Below are positions 18,168 to 28,132 of a DNA stretch of 64,000 nucleotides, piece by piece (positions within the stretch are counted from its first letter, which is position 1; each line of letters starts with the position of its first letter). The position numbers were made by a program, and so were the translations under genes. Source of the stretch: Candidatus Bathyarchaeia archaeon (lineage in GTDB: Archaea; Thermoproteota; Bathyarchaeia; 40CM-2-53-6); assembly GCA_049513715.1 (NCBI GenBank), contig JBEKVV010000001.1:736001-800000 (forward strand), in the 5' to 3' direction. The notes below the pieces were generated by a model, which saw only the letters and a program-made list of their open reading frames with translations, was not told the origin of the DNA and did no database searches.

Positions 18168-19527
18168 AGAGAAAAACCCAATTCAGCTCTTAGTCGACTG
18201 GCTGAACCAGCGACTTGAGCGAACCATATTCATGGGACTCAAGTTTACGCTTCCACGAAAATTCGTGAGCCCACTTGGGTTCTTGGGATTCCTGACCTTT
18301 ACCACGTTTGCATTGTTAGGCATCTCAGGAGCGTTGCTGATGCTCTACTACAGCCCAACGGTCATTTTCAACACGGTCACAGGTGGTTCAACGACTCCCT
18401 TTGACAGCGTGAAGAACATTGATAGCGTCGTTCCTTTCGGGTCAGCTTTGCGCAATATCCACTACCACGCTTCCAACGCGATGGTCTTACTAGCCGTAGC
18501 TCACATGTTCTACCAGTACTTCTCAGGCCGCTACAAGTTGCGCTACGAGGTCTTGTGGGTGACTGGAATAATCATAGGCATACTCACAATTATCGAGGCG
18601 TACACAGGTTACGACCTACTGCTGAATGTTCGAGGCATGTTGGCAATCAACATTGGCCGTGCACTGGCGCGTAGTACCCCGTTCATGGGACCAGAGGCTT
18701 TTCGCCTTATGGCTGGCACAGGATTGGCTGACTTGATACTAAGGTTCTACGCAATTCACGTCTTCATTTTTCCAATGATAATGATTCTCGTGATGATGGT
18801 TCACTTTCCAAGGTACATGGTTCTCGACATACCAGTGGTATCCATGGTCGCGGGAACCATCATGGTGATTGGGGGACTCTTCCCAGTCGAGATCGGAGCG
18901 AAATTTATCCCCACGGCTGAGGCGGGCATAACGATGCCAGAATGGTACCTCACCGGAATGTACGCAATAATCAGGACCGGAATCGACCGGTTTCTCGCAG
19001 GCGTCGTAATACCCATGATCTTCGTAATGGTCTTCCTCGTCATCCCGTTCTTAGACACTAGCAAGAAACTCTCAATCCGCGACAGGCCATTCTACACGGC
19101 CATGGGAGTTGCAGCGTTGGGACAGCTTGCACTAACAACGGCTTGGGGTTTCAGAGCCAACAACATATTCTTCCCCCTCGACACTATTCCCCAACTGGAA
19201 ATCGACCCGTTCATCTTCTTCGGCACAGTCGTCTTCATAGGAGCCGTAGGCTACGCGAGCGTGTACCTCTGGTTCAAGGCAACCGCTCCCCCTCCAGGCG
19301 CCCGTTCAATGCACGGCCGAAAAGAGTTCCCCATTTACAAGATGTCGTCAAATGAATGGCGGGCGGTCGTGATCTCACTTCTTGGCTTCCAGGTGCTCTT
19401 CGACATTTACTCGTCACAAGCATTCTTCGCCGGCTTCAAGAATGTGCTACTTCTGCAAATCGGCGTAGGGCTGATCGCGTTCGGAATCTTGGTCCACCTG
19501 TACCGCATCGGAGCTGATTCCAAGTAG
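18139..19527 (+). CDS. Cytochrome b subunit of a Rieske/cytochrome b complex
   Basis: Heme-ligand His pairs (IHYHASN...AHMF; IHVF...VHF), TGY, PEWY Qo motif, extra C-terminal helices. Confidence 0.93.
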   Translation: MATQRPPPNEEKNPIQLLVDWLNQRLERTIFMGLKFTLPRKFVSPLGFLGFLTFTTFALLGISGALLMLYYSPTVIFNTVTGGSTTPFDSVKNIDSVVPFGSALRNIHYHASNAMVLLAVAHMFYQYFSGRYKLRYEVLWVTGIIIGILTIIEAYTGYDLLLNVRGMLAINIGRALARSTPFMGPEAFRLMAGTGLADLILRFYAIHVFIFPMIMILVMMVHFPRYMVLDIPVVSMVAGTIMVIGGLFPVEIGAKFIPTAEAGITMPEWYLTGMYAIIRTGIDRFLAGVVIPMIFVMVFLVIPFLDTSKKLSIRDRPFYTAMGVAALGQLALTTAWGFRANNIFFPLDTIPQLEIDPFIFFGTVVFIGAVGYASVYLWFKATAPPPGARSMHGRKEFPIYKMSSNEWRAVVISLLGFQVLFDIYSSQAFFAGFKNVLLLQIGVGLIAFGILVHLYRIGADSK

Positions 19528-19539
19528 AGAGGAACAGAA

Positions 19540-20004
19540 ATGACACAACAGCAACCTAAAACGGTTCAAGGGCCTTGGGTCGGCGCGACAGCGATACTGC
19601 TAGTTCTACTGATGGGCACTGGAATGTTCTACTACCAGTTTTACGTCCTGCCCGCGACCATTGGGCCAGCACACACACCGCAAAACGTTACAATCAATAT
19701 CGTCGCACAGCAATGGGCCTTCATGCTCAATGGAACCATAGACACGCGCACCACTCCCATCGTGGTTCATGTAGGAGACAACGTAACGTTTCACATACAC
19801 GCCATATTTCAGCAGGACCCAAGCTTCAATCAACACGGGTTCTTCATCCAGGGGATTATGGAGACGCCCCTGACCGTGCCTGCGGGTCATGACGTCACGT
19901 TCACGGTCGTTCCCACAGATCCGGGAGAGTACACGATCATTTGCACAATCTTCTGTGGTGCAGGACATGGCGATATGCACGGGCTCCTAGAAGTGCTGCC
20001 ATAA
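19540..20004 (+). CDS. Membrane-anchored CuA cupredoxin (cytochrome oxidase subunit II-like)
   Basis: One N-terminal helix, AQQWAF, HGF, CTIFCGAGHGDM CuA motif. Confidence 0.85.
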   Translation: MTQQQPKTVQGPWVGATAILLVLLMGTGMFYYQFYVLPATIGPAHTPQNVTINIVAQQWAFMLNGTIDTRTTPIVVHVGDNVTFHIHAIFQQDPSFNQHGFFIQGIMETPLTVPAGHDVTFTVVPTDPGEYTIICTIFCGAGHGDMHGLLEVLP

Positions 20005-20021
20005 TCTAGGGGCACCCACGA

Positions 20022-20909
20022 TTGCAGGCTACCGTAAATGAGACCGTAAGGAATTACGTCGAAGTCACTAAACCACCTATAGTGTTGCTTCTTGTCTTCA
20101 CCTCATTGGCCACGATGCTCATTGCTTGGAAACACACCGTTTTTCCTCTCACCCCCACCCTGCTAATCATTGCGACCGTAGCCATCACGGCAGCGAGCGC
20201 TGGATGCGACACTATCACCTCCTACGTGGACAGGGACATCGACGCGATCATGCACAGAACGCAACACCGACCCATTCCCAGTGGCCGCATAACCCCCAGC
20301 AGAGCACTAGCTTGGGGCATTTTCCTAGCCGCAGTAGGGTTGATCCTAGCTCTATGGATTAACCTCCTGGCATTCATCTGGATTGCATTGGGAATAATCG
20401 ACAACGTCATCATCTACAGCCTCTATCTGAAACGACGAAACCCACTCAACATAATACTAGGCGGAGTAAGCGGGGGACTTCCCGTTATGTTTGGCTGGAG
20501 CGCGGTAACGAACAACGTTCAGTTGCTTCCAATCCTGCTGGCGGCCTTGGTTGTGCTTTGGATTCCCGGCCACATCTGGAGCTTGGCGATCTTTACTAGG
20601 GCGGATTACAAACGGGCGAAAGTCCCAATGCTCCCCGTTGTCACGAAGCTAAGCACCGCTTTGAGGTGCATCGTCTCGACCATACTCCTGATGATTCCGT
20701 TCTCGTTGTGGATATACCTAGAAGGCGGATTCGGAATCGTCTACTTGGCAGTGGCGATTCTGTTCGGGGTAGCGGTCTTGTACGTAAACCTCAAACTCTT
20801 CCTACATCCAAACGACAAGATGGCTTACCTTGCCTTCAAAATCTCAAGCCCCTACCTTTTCGCGTTGTTCCTTGCGATGATTATTGACAGCCTGATACCG
20901 CTCGCTTGA
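20022..20909 (+). CDS. cyoE: Protoheme IX farnesyltransferase (heme o synthase)
   Basis: TKP, DRDIDAIM.RT.HRPIPSG, LKRR, W.P.H.WSLA, DY..A.VPMLP. Confidence 0.95.
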   Translation: MQATVNETVRNYVEVTKPPIVLLLVFTSLATMLIAWKHTVFPLTPTLLIIATVAITAASAGCDTITSYVDRDIDAIMHRTQHRPIPSGRITPSRALAWGIFLAAVGLILALWINLLAFIWIALGIIDNVIIYSLYLKRRNPLNIILGGVSGGLPVMFGWSAVTNNVQLLPILLAALVVLWIPGHIWSLAIFTRADYKRAKVPMLPVVTKLSTALRCIVSTILLMIPFSLWIYLEGGFGIVYLAVAILFGVAVLYVNLKLFLHPNDKMAYLAFKISSPYLFALFLAMIIDSLIPLA

Positions 20910-20913
20910 GTGA

Positions 20914-22089
20914 CTACGAGGTCAGTGGGCCCAGCCCCGTTGGGGGTCGGCAGGTAATCACGTCCTTAATGCCCTTCGTTCCTAAGACCTTCAGCAAGAA
21001 GTGGAATAGCAAATCATTTCCCATGAAGTGGTCCGCAAGCCTTCGCAGCTTTGTGGAGACGCGCATCTCCTTACCCAAAACTTCCTTCCACCGCCTCTCA
21101 TACTCTGAGAGTGGAACGCCTTTCTGAAGGTGGTTCGCTGCGACTTGTCCCGCAATTTCACCTGTAATCATCGCAGTGGAGATTCCGCCACCGTTGGTTG
21201 GCATAACCATTGCAGCAGCGTCACCAACCGCCATCACGTGGTCCGAATAGGTCCGTTTCAAGGGACCATCAACCGGCAAGACGTCTGCAATCATAGGGCC
21301 AGCCTTTCCCCCCTCGAGCTTCTCCTTGGTCAGTGGGCATTTGTCGATGAAGAATTCCAAGTACCCTTTGCCATCTTTTCTTTTTGAGAACGAAGTCCTT
21401 ATTCCGATGCCAACATTCGCCGTACGGTTGCCCTTCGGAATAATCCACCCGTAACCGCCCGGCGCGAACTCCGTCCCCATGTACATCTCTGTCACACTCT
21501 GGTCAATGGTGAGGTCGCTCATGAGGTACTCGTAGTTGATTGCGATGTTGTTAGCGGTCATGTACTCGTCTGTTAGGATGCCAGCTGATTTCGCAATCTT
21601 CGAGGGAAAACCATCTGCGGCTACAACAACACGGGCTTTCACCGCCTCCGAAGCATTCCTGCCGACCAAAAGGTCTCCGTTTTGCGTGAACAGGTCAACT
21701 GGCGAGCGCAGTTCAACTGTTCCCCCAAGCCTCTCAACTTCCTTTGCAGACGCCTGCTCCAGTGTCGTGCGGTCGAGGACATAGGCCTCGAAGTCAAATT
21801 CGTACTCTTGCCCTTTAGGCGAGATAACCCGTATGGTCTTGCAGAAGTTGTTCACAGCCTCCTTTGGGACGTCGAAAACATGCATGTAATCCCCCGCGCT
21901 CGGTAGTAGGTACTCCATTTCCTTTCGAACGGGGAAATATTCGCCGCATTTTACTGGAACGCCGATAACGTTCTTCTTATCGAAGACGTGGACAGAGAGA
22001 CCTCGTTTGAGCGCCTCGACAGCAGCGTACAGCCCGCCCGGCCCAGCCCCAACCACTACGAGGTCAACTGACTTCTCCATTGACACCAA
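20914..22089 (-). CDS. Geranylgeranyl reductase family protein (DGGGPL reductase-like)
   Basis: GAGPGG, PVKCGE, APGGYGWIIPKG, GDAA..V.PTNGGGI. Confidence 0.9.
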   Translation of the reverse strand: MVSMEKSVDLVVVGAGPGGLYAAVEALKRGLSVHVFDKKNVIGVPVKCGEYFPVRKEMEYLLPSAGDYMHVFDVPKEAVNNFCKTIRVISPKGQEYEFDFEAYVLDRTTLEQASAKEVERLGGTVELRSPVDLFTQNGDLLVGRNASEAVKARVVVAADGFPSKIAKSAGILTDEYMTANNIAINYEYLMSDLTIDQSVTEMYMGTEFAPGGYGWIIPKGNRTANVGIGIRTSFSKRKDGKGYLEFFIDKCPLTKEKLEGGKAGPMIADVLPVDGPLKRTYSDHVMAVGDAAAMVMPTNGGGISTAMITGEIAGQVAANHLQKGVPLSEYERRWKEVLGKEMRVSTKLRRLADHFMGNDLLFHFLLKVLGTKGIKDVITCRPPTGLGPLTS

Positions 22090-22186
22090 CGCTGACGAAG
22101 TATTCTACTGAACCCGTGAAATCAAACAGAAAAGGGTTCTGGGAAACAATGGGCAGTTGCTTGCTATCACCGGAGATGGGCTCTGA

Positions 22187-23629
22187 TTACGGGTGAGCCA
22201 GGAACTGGGCGACCTGCATTAGGTAGGTGAGAATGGGGCCAGGATAGATCCCAACTAGGATGGTGATTATTGTGCATGCGACTAGAACCGCGACGAGTGA
22301 GGTTGGTTCGCTCAATCTTTCCGAAATGGGAGCTTCATCAAAATACATTCGTTTCACAACCCACCCGTAGTAGGCCATGGAAAACGCGCTGTTCAAAACG
22401 CCAGCAAGCGCGAGCCACCACATCTGCCCATCGACGGCTGCTGTGAAAAGGACGAGCTTGCTCATGAAACCGCTGAGCGGCGGTACTCCCGCTAGTGCGA
22501 ATAGCGAAATAGTGAGAGTAAGGGCAGTGATGGGCATGCGTTTGCCTAAGCCTTGGTAAGAGTCCAGTGAGGTTGTGGAAAGCCTACTGTATACAGCCGC
22601 AGCCCCCATGAAAGCCGCCGTCTTCATGACGCCATGGTTTAGGATATGAAAGAGCGCACCAGCAATGCCAAGGGTGCTAGGCGCTGCTAGCCCAATGAGG
22701 ATGTAGCCTGCTTGGGCGATGCTGGAGTACGCGAGCATCCTTGTGAAGTTCTTCTGCATCAGAGCGCCGACGTTGCCAAGAGTCATCGTTAACAATGCGA
22801 CAATTGCGAACGTGCCGGTCCAATCCAGTCGAAGCGCGATGAGGGCAACTGCGAAGACCCTGAAGAGTGCCGCGAATCCTCCGTTCTTCGTTCCCGCCGC
22901 CAGAAAGGCACCGATCGTTATTGGGGCACCTTCGTAAGCATCGGGAATCCACATGTGAAACGGTACAGCCGCGACCTTCATGCCGAACCCTGCGATGAAT
23001 AGAACCATCGCCAAGAGTGCCAGCGGCTGCATTTTTGGTAAGGCAGCACTCAATCCCGATGCCACGACGTACATGTTTGTTGAGCCTGTTATCCCGAAAG
23101 TAAGCGATATCGCGTACACTATGAGCGCTGAGGATAAGGCGCTGAGAATGAAAAACTTCAACGCAGCCTCATTTGAAATTGCATCATCTTTCTGAATTCC
23201 CGTGAGAACGTATGACGGGATGTTCATCAACTCCCACGCCAGAAACAGGGCGATTAGGTCGACGGAAAACGAGATCAGAATCATTCCGAAGGTTGCAAAC
23301 AGAAGGAGGCCGAAATAGGTGTCAAGGTTCTTGTTTTCGCGCATGTAGTAGATTGAGCCAACGCAGATGAGTAGAGTAACGATTACGAAAACTGCAGTGA
23401 GATAGATGGAGAAGGGGTCTATCGACAGTACTCCAAGTATGAGCTGGGGCCGTGAAATCCCTTGAAGGAGCAACATGGCAACTCCTCCTAGCGTAATTAA
23501 GAGCCCCGCGATCGACCAGTAGGCCACAACGGTTCGTTTATGGATGCGTTTCGAGAGCGCCTGAATCAGCGGAACGACGATGGCAAAGATAGGCAGAGTG
23601 TACAGAAGAATCGCGTTGGGCAGTTGCAT
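22187..23629 (-). CDS. nuoN: Complex I subunit N
   Basis: EAALKFF, KVAAVPFHMWIPDAYEGAP, RMLAYSSIAQAGY, GVPP..GF..K. Confidence 0.93.
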   Translation of the reverse strand: MQLPNAILLYTLPIFAIVVPLIQALSKRIHKRTVVAYWSIAGLLITLGGVAMLLLQGISRPQLILGVLSIDPFSIYLTAVFVIVTLLICVGSIYYMRENKNLDTYFGLLLFATFGMILISFSVDLIALFLAWELMNIPSYVLTGIQKDDAISNEAALKFFILSALSSALIVYAISLTFGITGSTNMYVVASGLSAALPKMQPLALLAMVLFIAGFGMKVAAVPFHMWIPDAYEGAPITIGAFLAAGTKNGGFAALFRVFAVALIALRLDWTGTFAIVALLTMTLGNVGALMQKNFTRMLAYSSIAQAGYILIGLAAPSTLGIAGALFHILNHGVMKTAAFMGAAAVYSRLSTTSLDSYQGLGKRMPITALTLTISLFALAGVPPLSGFMSKLVLFTAAVDGQMWWLALAGVLNSAFSMAYYGWVVKRMYFDEAPISERLSEPTSLVAVLVACTIITILVGIYPGPILTYLMQVAQFLAHP

Positions 23630-23756
23630 TGAATCCGCCTTGCCAAGAGCGTGCTAGTTGGAATTCCTTCGCGTAAATAACTCTTCTCAACTCAACCAAA
23701 CGTTTTTCTTGTCCACCCCAATGTCAATGCGACTTCCAGAAACCTGTGAGCAACTT

Positions 23757-24080
23757 ATGTCGGGCATTGAGACCATCAAAATCATAGTCGAAGCTGAAAA
23801 AGAGGCTGCGAAAATCCTCGAGGACGCCAAGTCTAAGGCCACAGCAGTTCGAAAACAGTTGGACATTCAGATCCAACAACAACGTAATGAAATATTACAG
23901 GCTGCTAAGAAACGCGCCGAGGACATTCTTCAGCGCGCAGAGCAGGAAGGCAAAACTGAGGCAGAGAACTACGAGAAGGCCTCAGAGGCAACCGTTCGTG
24001 ACTTGGTGGCGAAGACCTCATCGAAGAAGAACGCCGCCGTGGAAAAGCTAGTTGGAATAGTCCTAGAAGGGAAAGCATGA
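23757..24080 (+). CDS. A-type ATP synthase subunit H (G), peripheral stalk
   Basis: IKIIVEAEKEA coiled coil, AVEKLV terminus; first gene of the H-E-C-K block. Confidence 0.75.
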   Translation: MSGIETIKIIVEAEKEAAKILEDAKSKATAVRKQLDIQIQQQRNEILQAAKKRAEDILQRAEQEGKTEAENYEKASEATVRDLVAKTSSKKNAAVEKLVGIVLEGKA

Positions 24081-24697
24081 TGTCGGCAACAAGCAAATTC
24101 ACAGCGGACATACTCACAGTGGCCAAAGAGAAGGCCCACAGCATAATCGCGGATGCTGAAACTGAGAGCCAGAAGACCCTCCAGGACGCCAAGGCTCACC
24201 TGTCCAAGGAAGCGGAGGATGTTGTTCGAAATGCGCAGACGGAGGCAGAGGGAGTCAAACGACGCCACATGAGTGAAGCCCGGCATAGAGTCAAACTGAA
24301 GATGGAGCAGGAGAAGAGCAAGATCCTCCAAGAGGTTCTCGAGCGGACAAGAGAACGTGTAATGGATATGAGAAAAGACGAGAGCAAGTATTTACCCTAC
24401 CTGGTGGGCTTGGTCGAGATCGGCATACGAGAACTAGGCATTGAGAACGTTATAATTCACCTGAACCAAGAGGACCTCACACGAATCGCTAGGGCGAAGC
24501 TTGAAGGTGAAGTCAGCAAGAAACTGGGCAAACCTGCCAAAATCGAATGGGCAAAGGAACCGCTAGACACTTCGGGCGGCGTCATAGTGTCAAGCAGCGA
24601 CGGCAAGACCCGAATCGTGGGAACCATAGACCAAACGTTCGAAGCATTAGAGTCAAAAATGCTCATTGAGGGAGGAAAAGTTCTCTTCGGTGATTAG
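24077..24697 (+). CDS. A-type ATP synthase subunit E
   Basis: N-terminal coiled coil, GGVIVSS.DG..RI..T motif, ends LFG. Confidence 0.88.
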   Translation: MMSATSKFTADILTVAKEKAHSIIADAETESQKTLQDAKAHLSKEAEDVVRNAQTEAEGVKRRHMSEARHRVKLKMEQEKSKILQEVLERTRERVMDMRKDESKYLPYLVGLVEIGIRELGIENVIIHLNQEDLTRIARAKLEGEVSKKLGKPAKIEWAKEPLDTSGGVIVSSSDGKTRIVGTIDQTFEALESKMLIEGGKVLFGD

Positions 24698-24721
24698 CGA
24701 ACCAGGAAGAGGTAACTGCCA

Positions 24722-25747
24722 ATGACGGGCGCAGGAAAATACGCCGAACTCGCAGCAGCAGTCCGCTGCTTCAAAGCGGACTTGATTCGGACTAGTGAAA
24801 TTGAGAGAGTCATAGAATCCGGCAGCCTATCAGAAACAGTCAGCATGCTCACCGACGGAAAGGTGACCGCTGTAGACAGCTCAGACCTGACCTCCGTCGA
24901 ATCCTATTTGATTCAAGCATCTAGTGAATTAGCTAAGCGACTGGTTTCTTATGCGCCCCAAGTCTCACGGCCGCTGATTCGCCTATTCTCAAGAGGGTTC
25001 GAGTTGTCATGCGTGAAGGAGATTCTCCGGTCAATCATCGATCAAGAAGGCCTTGAAGAAGCGATGCGGCACATAGTTCCAGCAGGCAAATTCACGGTGG
25101 AAAGGTGCGAGGAACTCATAGAGGGACACAACCCGAACAGGGTAGTCGACTTGCTAGACGATGAAGGGCTGAAGCGCCATCTCAGCCCGAAGCTCACTGG
25201 CGAGAAGGGCGGTTTGGGCGTCGTATCTGCTATAGACCAGTACTACTACTCGAAGCTGTGGTCAGCTTCAAACTTACCCGACCTGTTCGATGCCCAATCA
25301 GCCAGAGGTTTGATTGGCGAGTTAATCGATCACCTGAACATACTCTTCGCATTCCGCACGCGGTTAGTCGGCTTGGACGCAAAAACCACTTCAGACATGA
25401 TGATTCGGGTCAACTATGCATTGGGCCACGCGCTCACCGAGCTCGCAGAGGCAACGAACGCACAAAACCTTATGCGTGTTCTCGACAAGACGCGATACGC
25501 CCGCGCCCTTCAAGGAGCAGCCACCTCGGAGGCGAATGTTGCAGATGTTGAGCGGTCCTTGAACCGCAGCCACGCAACCAGCTGCTTCAATATGTTTGCA
25601 GGATCGCCCTTCAAGGTTGGCCTCGCGGTAGCATTTCTATTCTTGAAGAACTACGAACTACATGACCTCTTCAGCATAATCAACGCAAAAGCAAACCATG
25701 TTCCAATGGAACGCGTTGTCGACTCTTTGATTTTGCGTCGCGCTTGA
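24722..25747 (+). CDS. A-type ATP synthase subunit C (d)
   Basis: DQYYY, IDHLNI....R, C-terminal K..E..DL..I motif; 341 aa; operon context. Confidence 0.82.
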   Translation: MTGAGKYAELAAAVRCFKADLIRTSEIERVIESGSLSETVSMLTDGKVTAVDSSDLTSVESYLIQASSELAKRLVSYAPQVSRPLIRLFSRGFELSCVKEILRSIIDQEGLEEAMRHIVPAGKFTVERCEELIEGHNPNRVVDLLDDEGLKRHLSPKLTGEKGGLGVVSAIDQYYYSKLWSASNLPDLFDAQSARGLIGELIDHLNILFAFRTRLVGLDAKTTSDMMIRVNYALGHALTELAEATNAQNLMRVLDKTRYARALQGAATSEANVADVERSLNRSHATSCFNMFAGSPFKVGLAVAFLFLKNYELHDLFSIINAKANHVPMERVVDSLILRRA

Positions 25748-25812
25748 GTCCCAGAAAGCATTATAATGTCAATGCTCGTTCTTAGCGCACGCAATACAGG
25801 TGCTGATGAACC

Positions 25813-26151
25813 GTGAAACCGAAACGTGAGATGATTTTGAGCTTCCTTCTGATGGCAATTGGCGTGGTTGCAATCTCGTCCATGGTTGCGGTTGCGTACT
25901 CGCAATCCCCAGCACAGACATCCGGCCAACCTGCGAGTGAGAAAGGCCTATTCTTGATCGGGGCAGGAATAGCTGCAGGATTGGCGACTTTCGGCGCTGG
26001 CATCGGCTTGGGAACTGCTAGTGCTGCCGCCATTGGCGCCATAGCCGAGAAACCAGAAATGCTCGGCAGGACACTCCTGTTCGTGGTGTTGATCGAGGCT
26101 ATCGCAATTTACGGTCTAGCGATGTTCTTCATCATATACTCCAGAATCTAG
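25813..26151 (+). CDS. A-type ATP synthase proteolipid subunit K (c)
   Basis: GAGIGLG...AAIGAIAEKPE...LIEAIAIYGL single hairpin with an N-terminal hydrophobic extension. Confidence 0.93.
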   Translation: MKPKREMILSFLLMAIGVVAISSMVAVAYSQSPAQTSGQPASEKGLFLIGAGIAAGLATFGAGIGLGTASAAAIGAIAEKPEMLGRTLLFVVLIEAIAIYGLAMFFIIYSRI

Positions 26152-26209
26152 TGCAGCCCACGAGTCTTCCAACAAACCCTTTTTTCATTCCACCGTCTGA
26201 CTGCACACC

Positions 26210-26649
26210 ATGAAGAGTACATCGGACATCAAGGCAGCAGTTCAGAGCAAGTCACTCACGAACTTAACCAAGGTCCTAAGTGCGCTCGCAGAAGAACTAA
26301 CCTACCAACTCAAACCACCTTACACCGAAGTAAAGCAGAAGAAGCCGAACGTTTCGCAATCGAATTCTCCGCAATCCCACACTTGCACTACTTCAGCCTC
26401 GCTACGACATCTGAAGGATTGGCATTCACAATTGACTTCGCCGGAAACGCCCTCGCAGACTCACCAAACCCTCCAATCCACGAGCTCTTCTACGCTGCGC
26501 GCGTGGAGGGCCTGAAGATCTACGGATATGGTACTCGCTGGAAGGGCAGAGCCGTTCCGACTGCCGAAAAGTTCGCACAGAACCTAGAGGTAACGTCTCA
26601 GACGTTGAATGAAATGGAGCTTGATGGCTTTTCTGCGGCTCTGGGCTAG
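26210..26649 (+). pseudogene. Hypothetical protein, apparently frameshifted near 26332
   Basis: Two overlapping frames join into one ~146-aa protein if one A is added in GTAAAGCA (…EVK-AEEAERFAIEF…). Could be a sequencing error. Confidence 0.5.
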
Positions 26650-26679
26650 ATAGCGTAGAACCTTTGCGTTGACTAGTCT

Positions 26680-28122
26680 CTAATGAGGAATCCCTTGGAC
26701 CGCGTTGATGATTATTTGAAGAAGTGGCGCAGGGTACAAGCCCAAGATGAGCAGGGGCACGAGAAATGCCGCTAGAGTAGCGAGCGTGTACCAGGGTGCT
26801 TCCCTTCGCCCGAGTTGTATTGCCGTTGGTTTGAGCAAAACTCTGCGGAGCATCCAAACAAAGTACCCAGCTGTGATTCCTGGCACAAGGACGGCAATCG
26901 CGTAGTATCGGTTCACCGAAATACCGGCCAAAATCACAGTGTATTCGCTGATGAAGTTACTGAACCCAGGAAAACCCATAGCGGCTAATGACGCCAGCAC
27001 TAAGAGGAAACTCGTAATTGGCATGGCAGCGCCAAGCCCGGCTAGTTCGCGTATGTTGCGTGTTCCCATATGCTCGAGGATCACGCCTGACATCAGGAAG
27101 AGGCATCCGATTGCGATGGCGTGGTTGAACATCTGAAACACCGCTCCACTCAGACCGTAGGTAGTTAGCGTGAATGCTCCGAGCAAAACGTAACCCATGT
27201 GATTTATGCTCGTGAAAGCGACCATGCGCTTGAAGTCAGTTTGGAACATAGCAACAATTGCGCCGTAGAACATAGTCACCAAGGCGACCCCAATGAAGAC
27301 CGGAGCCAGGAGTTTAGAGGCCTCAGGCATCAGAAACAAGTTCATCCGGATAAACCCGTAGCCCCCCATCTTCAGAAGCAACCCGGCCAATAGAACACTG
27401 ATAGGTGCAGGGGCCTCAACATGGGCGTCCGGGAGCCAAGTGTGGAAGGGAACAATGGGCAGTTTGACGCCGAACCCGATGAAGAAACCGATTGAAATCA
27501 GAACCTGAATGGTCAGGGGCAAGTGTAGGTTCATGAGGTTCGTGAAGTTGAATGTGTGAGGAGTTGAAAGTACGTATAGTGCGATGAAGCTCAATAGGAT
27601 GAGGATGCTGCCAACGTGGGTCATGATCAGGAATTTCATCGCCGCGTATTTCTTCCTCGGCCCACCCCACACCCCGATGAAGAAGAACATCGGAATTAGG
27701 ACAAGTTCCCAGAAGACATAGAACGCAATCAAGTTCAGCGACGTGAAAACGCCTACAATCGCACCTTCGAAGAGAAGCAATAGGGCATTGTACTCTTTCA
27801 CTTTGGTGTTGATTTGTTCCCATGAGCCCGCTGCTGAAAGCGTCGTTAGAAACGATGTGATAATCAACAATGGCAGGCTGATTCCATCAATGCCAACCGT
27901 GTAGGTTAGGCCGAAGGAGCTGGCCCAATCGTAACTCTCAACGAACTGAAAACCAGAACCAGTCCAGTTGAATCCTATGAAGATGTAGAGTGTTAGTGCA
28001 ATTGTGGCTGCCGAGATGGCAATTGTAATTGCTTTCGATAGTTTGGCGCTTATGAATCCGGCGAAGTATGCGATGAGGCCGCCAATTATTGGGGCGAAGA
28101 TCAAGAGAGTGAGGAGCACCAA
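26680..28122 (-). CDS. nuoM: Complex I subunit M (second copy)
   Basis: GIDGISL, FWELVLIPM, VKLPIVPFHTWLPDAHVEAP, LLKMGGYG. Confidence 0.93.
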   Translation of the reverse strand: MVLLTLLIFAPIIGGLIAYFAGFISAKLSKAITIAISAATIALTLYIFIGFNWTGSGFQFVESYDWASSFGLTYTVGIDGISLPLLIITSFLTTLSAAGSWEQINTKVKEYNALLLLFEGAIVGVFTSLNLIAFYVFWELVLIPMFFFIGVWGGPRKKYAAMKFLIMTHVGSILILLSFIALYVLSTPHTFNFTNLMNLHLPLTIQVLISIGFFIGFGVKLPIVPFHTWLPDAHVEAPAPISVLLAGLLLKMGGYGFIRMNLFLMPEASKLLAPVFIGVALVTMFYGAIVAMFQTDFKRMVAFTSINHMGYVLLGAFTLTTYGLSGAVFQMFNHAIAIGCLFLMSGVILEHMGTRNIRELAGLGAAMPITSFLLVLASLAAMGFPGFSNFISEYTVILAGISVNRYYAIAVLVPGITAGYFVWMLRRVLLKPTAIQLGRREAPWYTLATLAAFLVPLLILGLYPAPLLQIIINAVQGIPH

Positions 28123-28132
28123 GTTCCATGCC

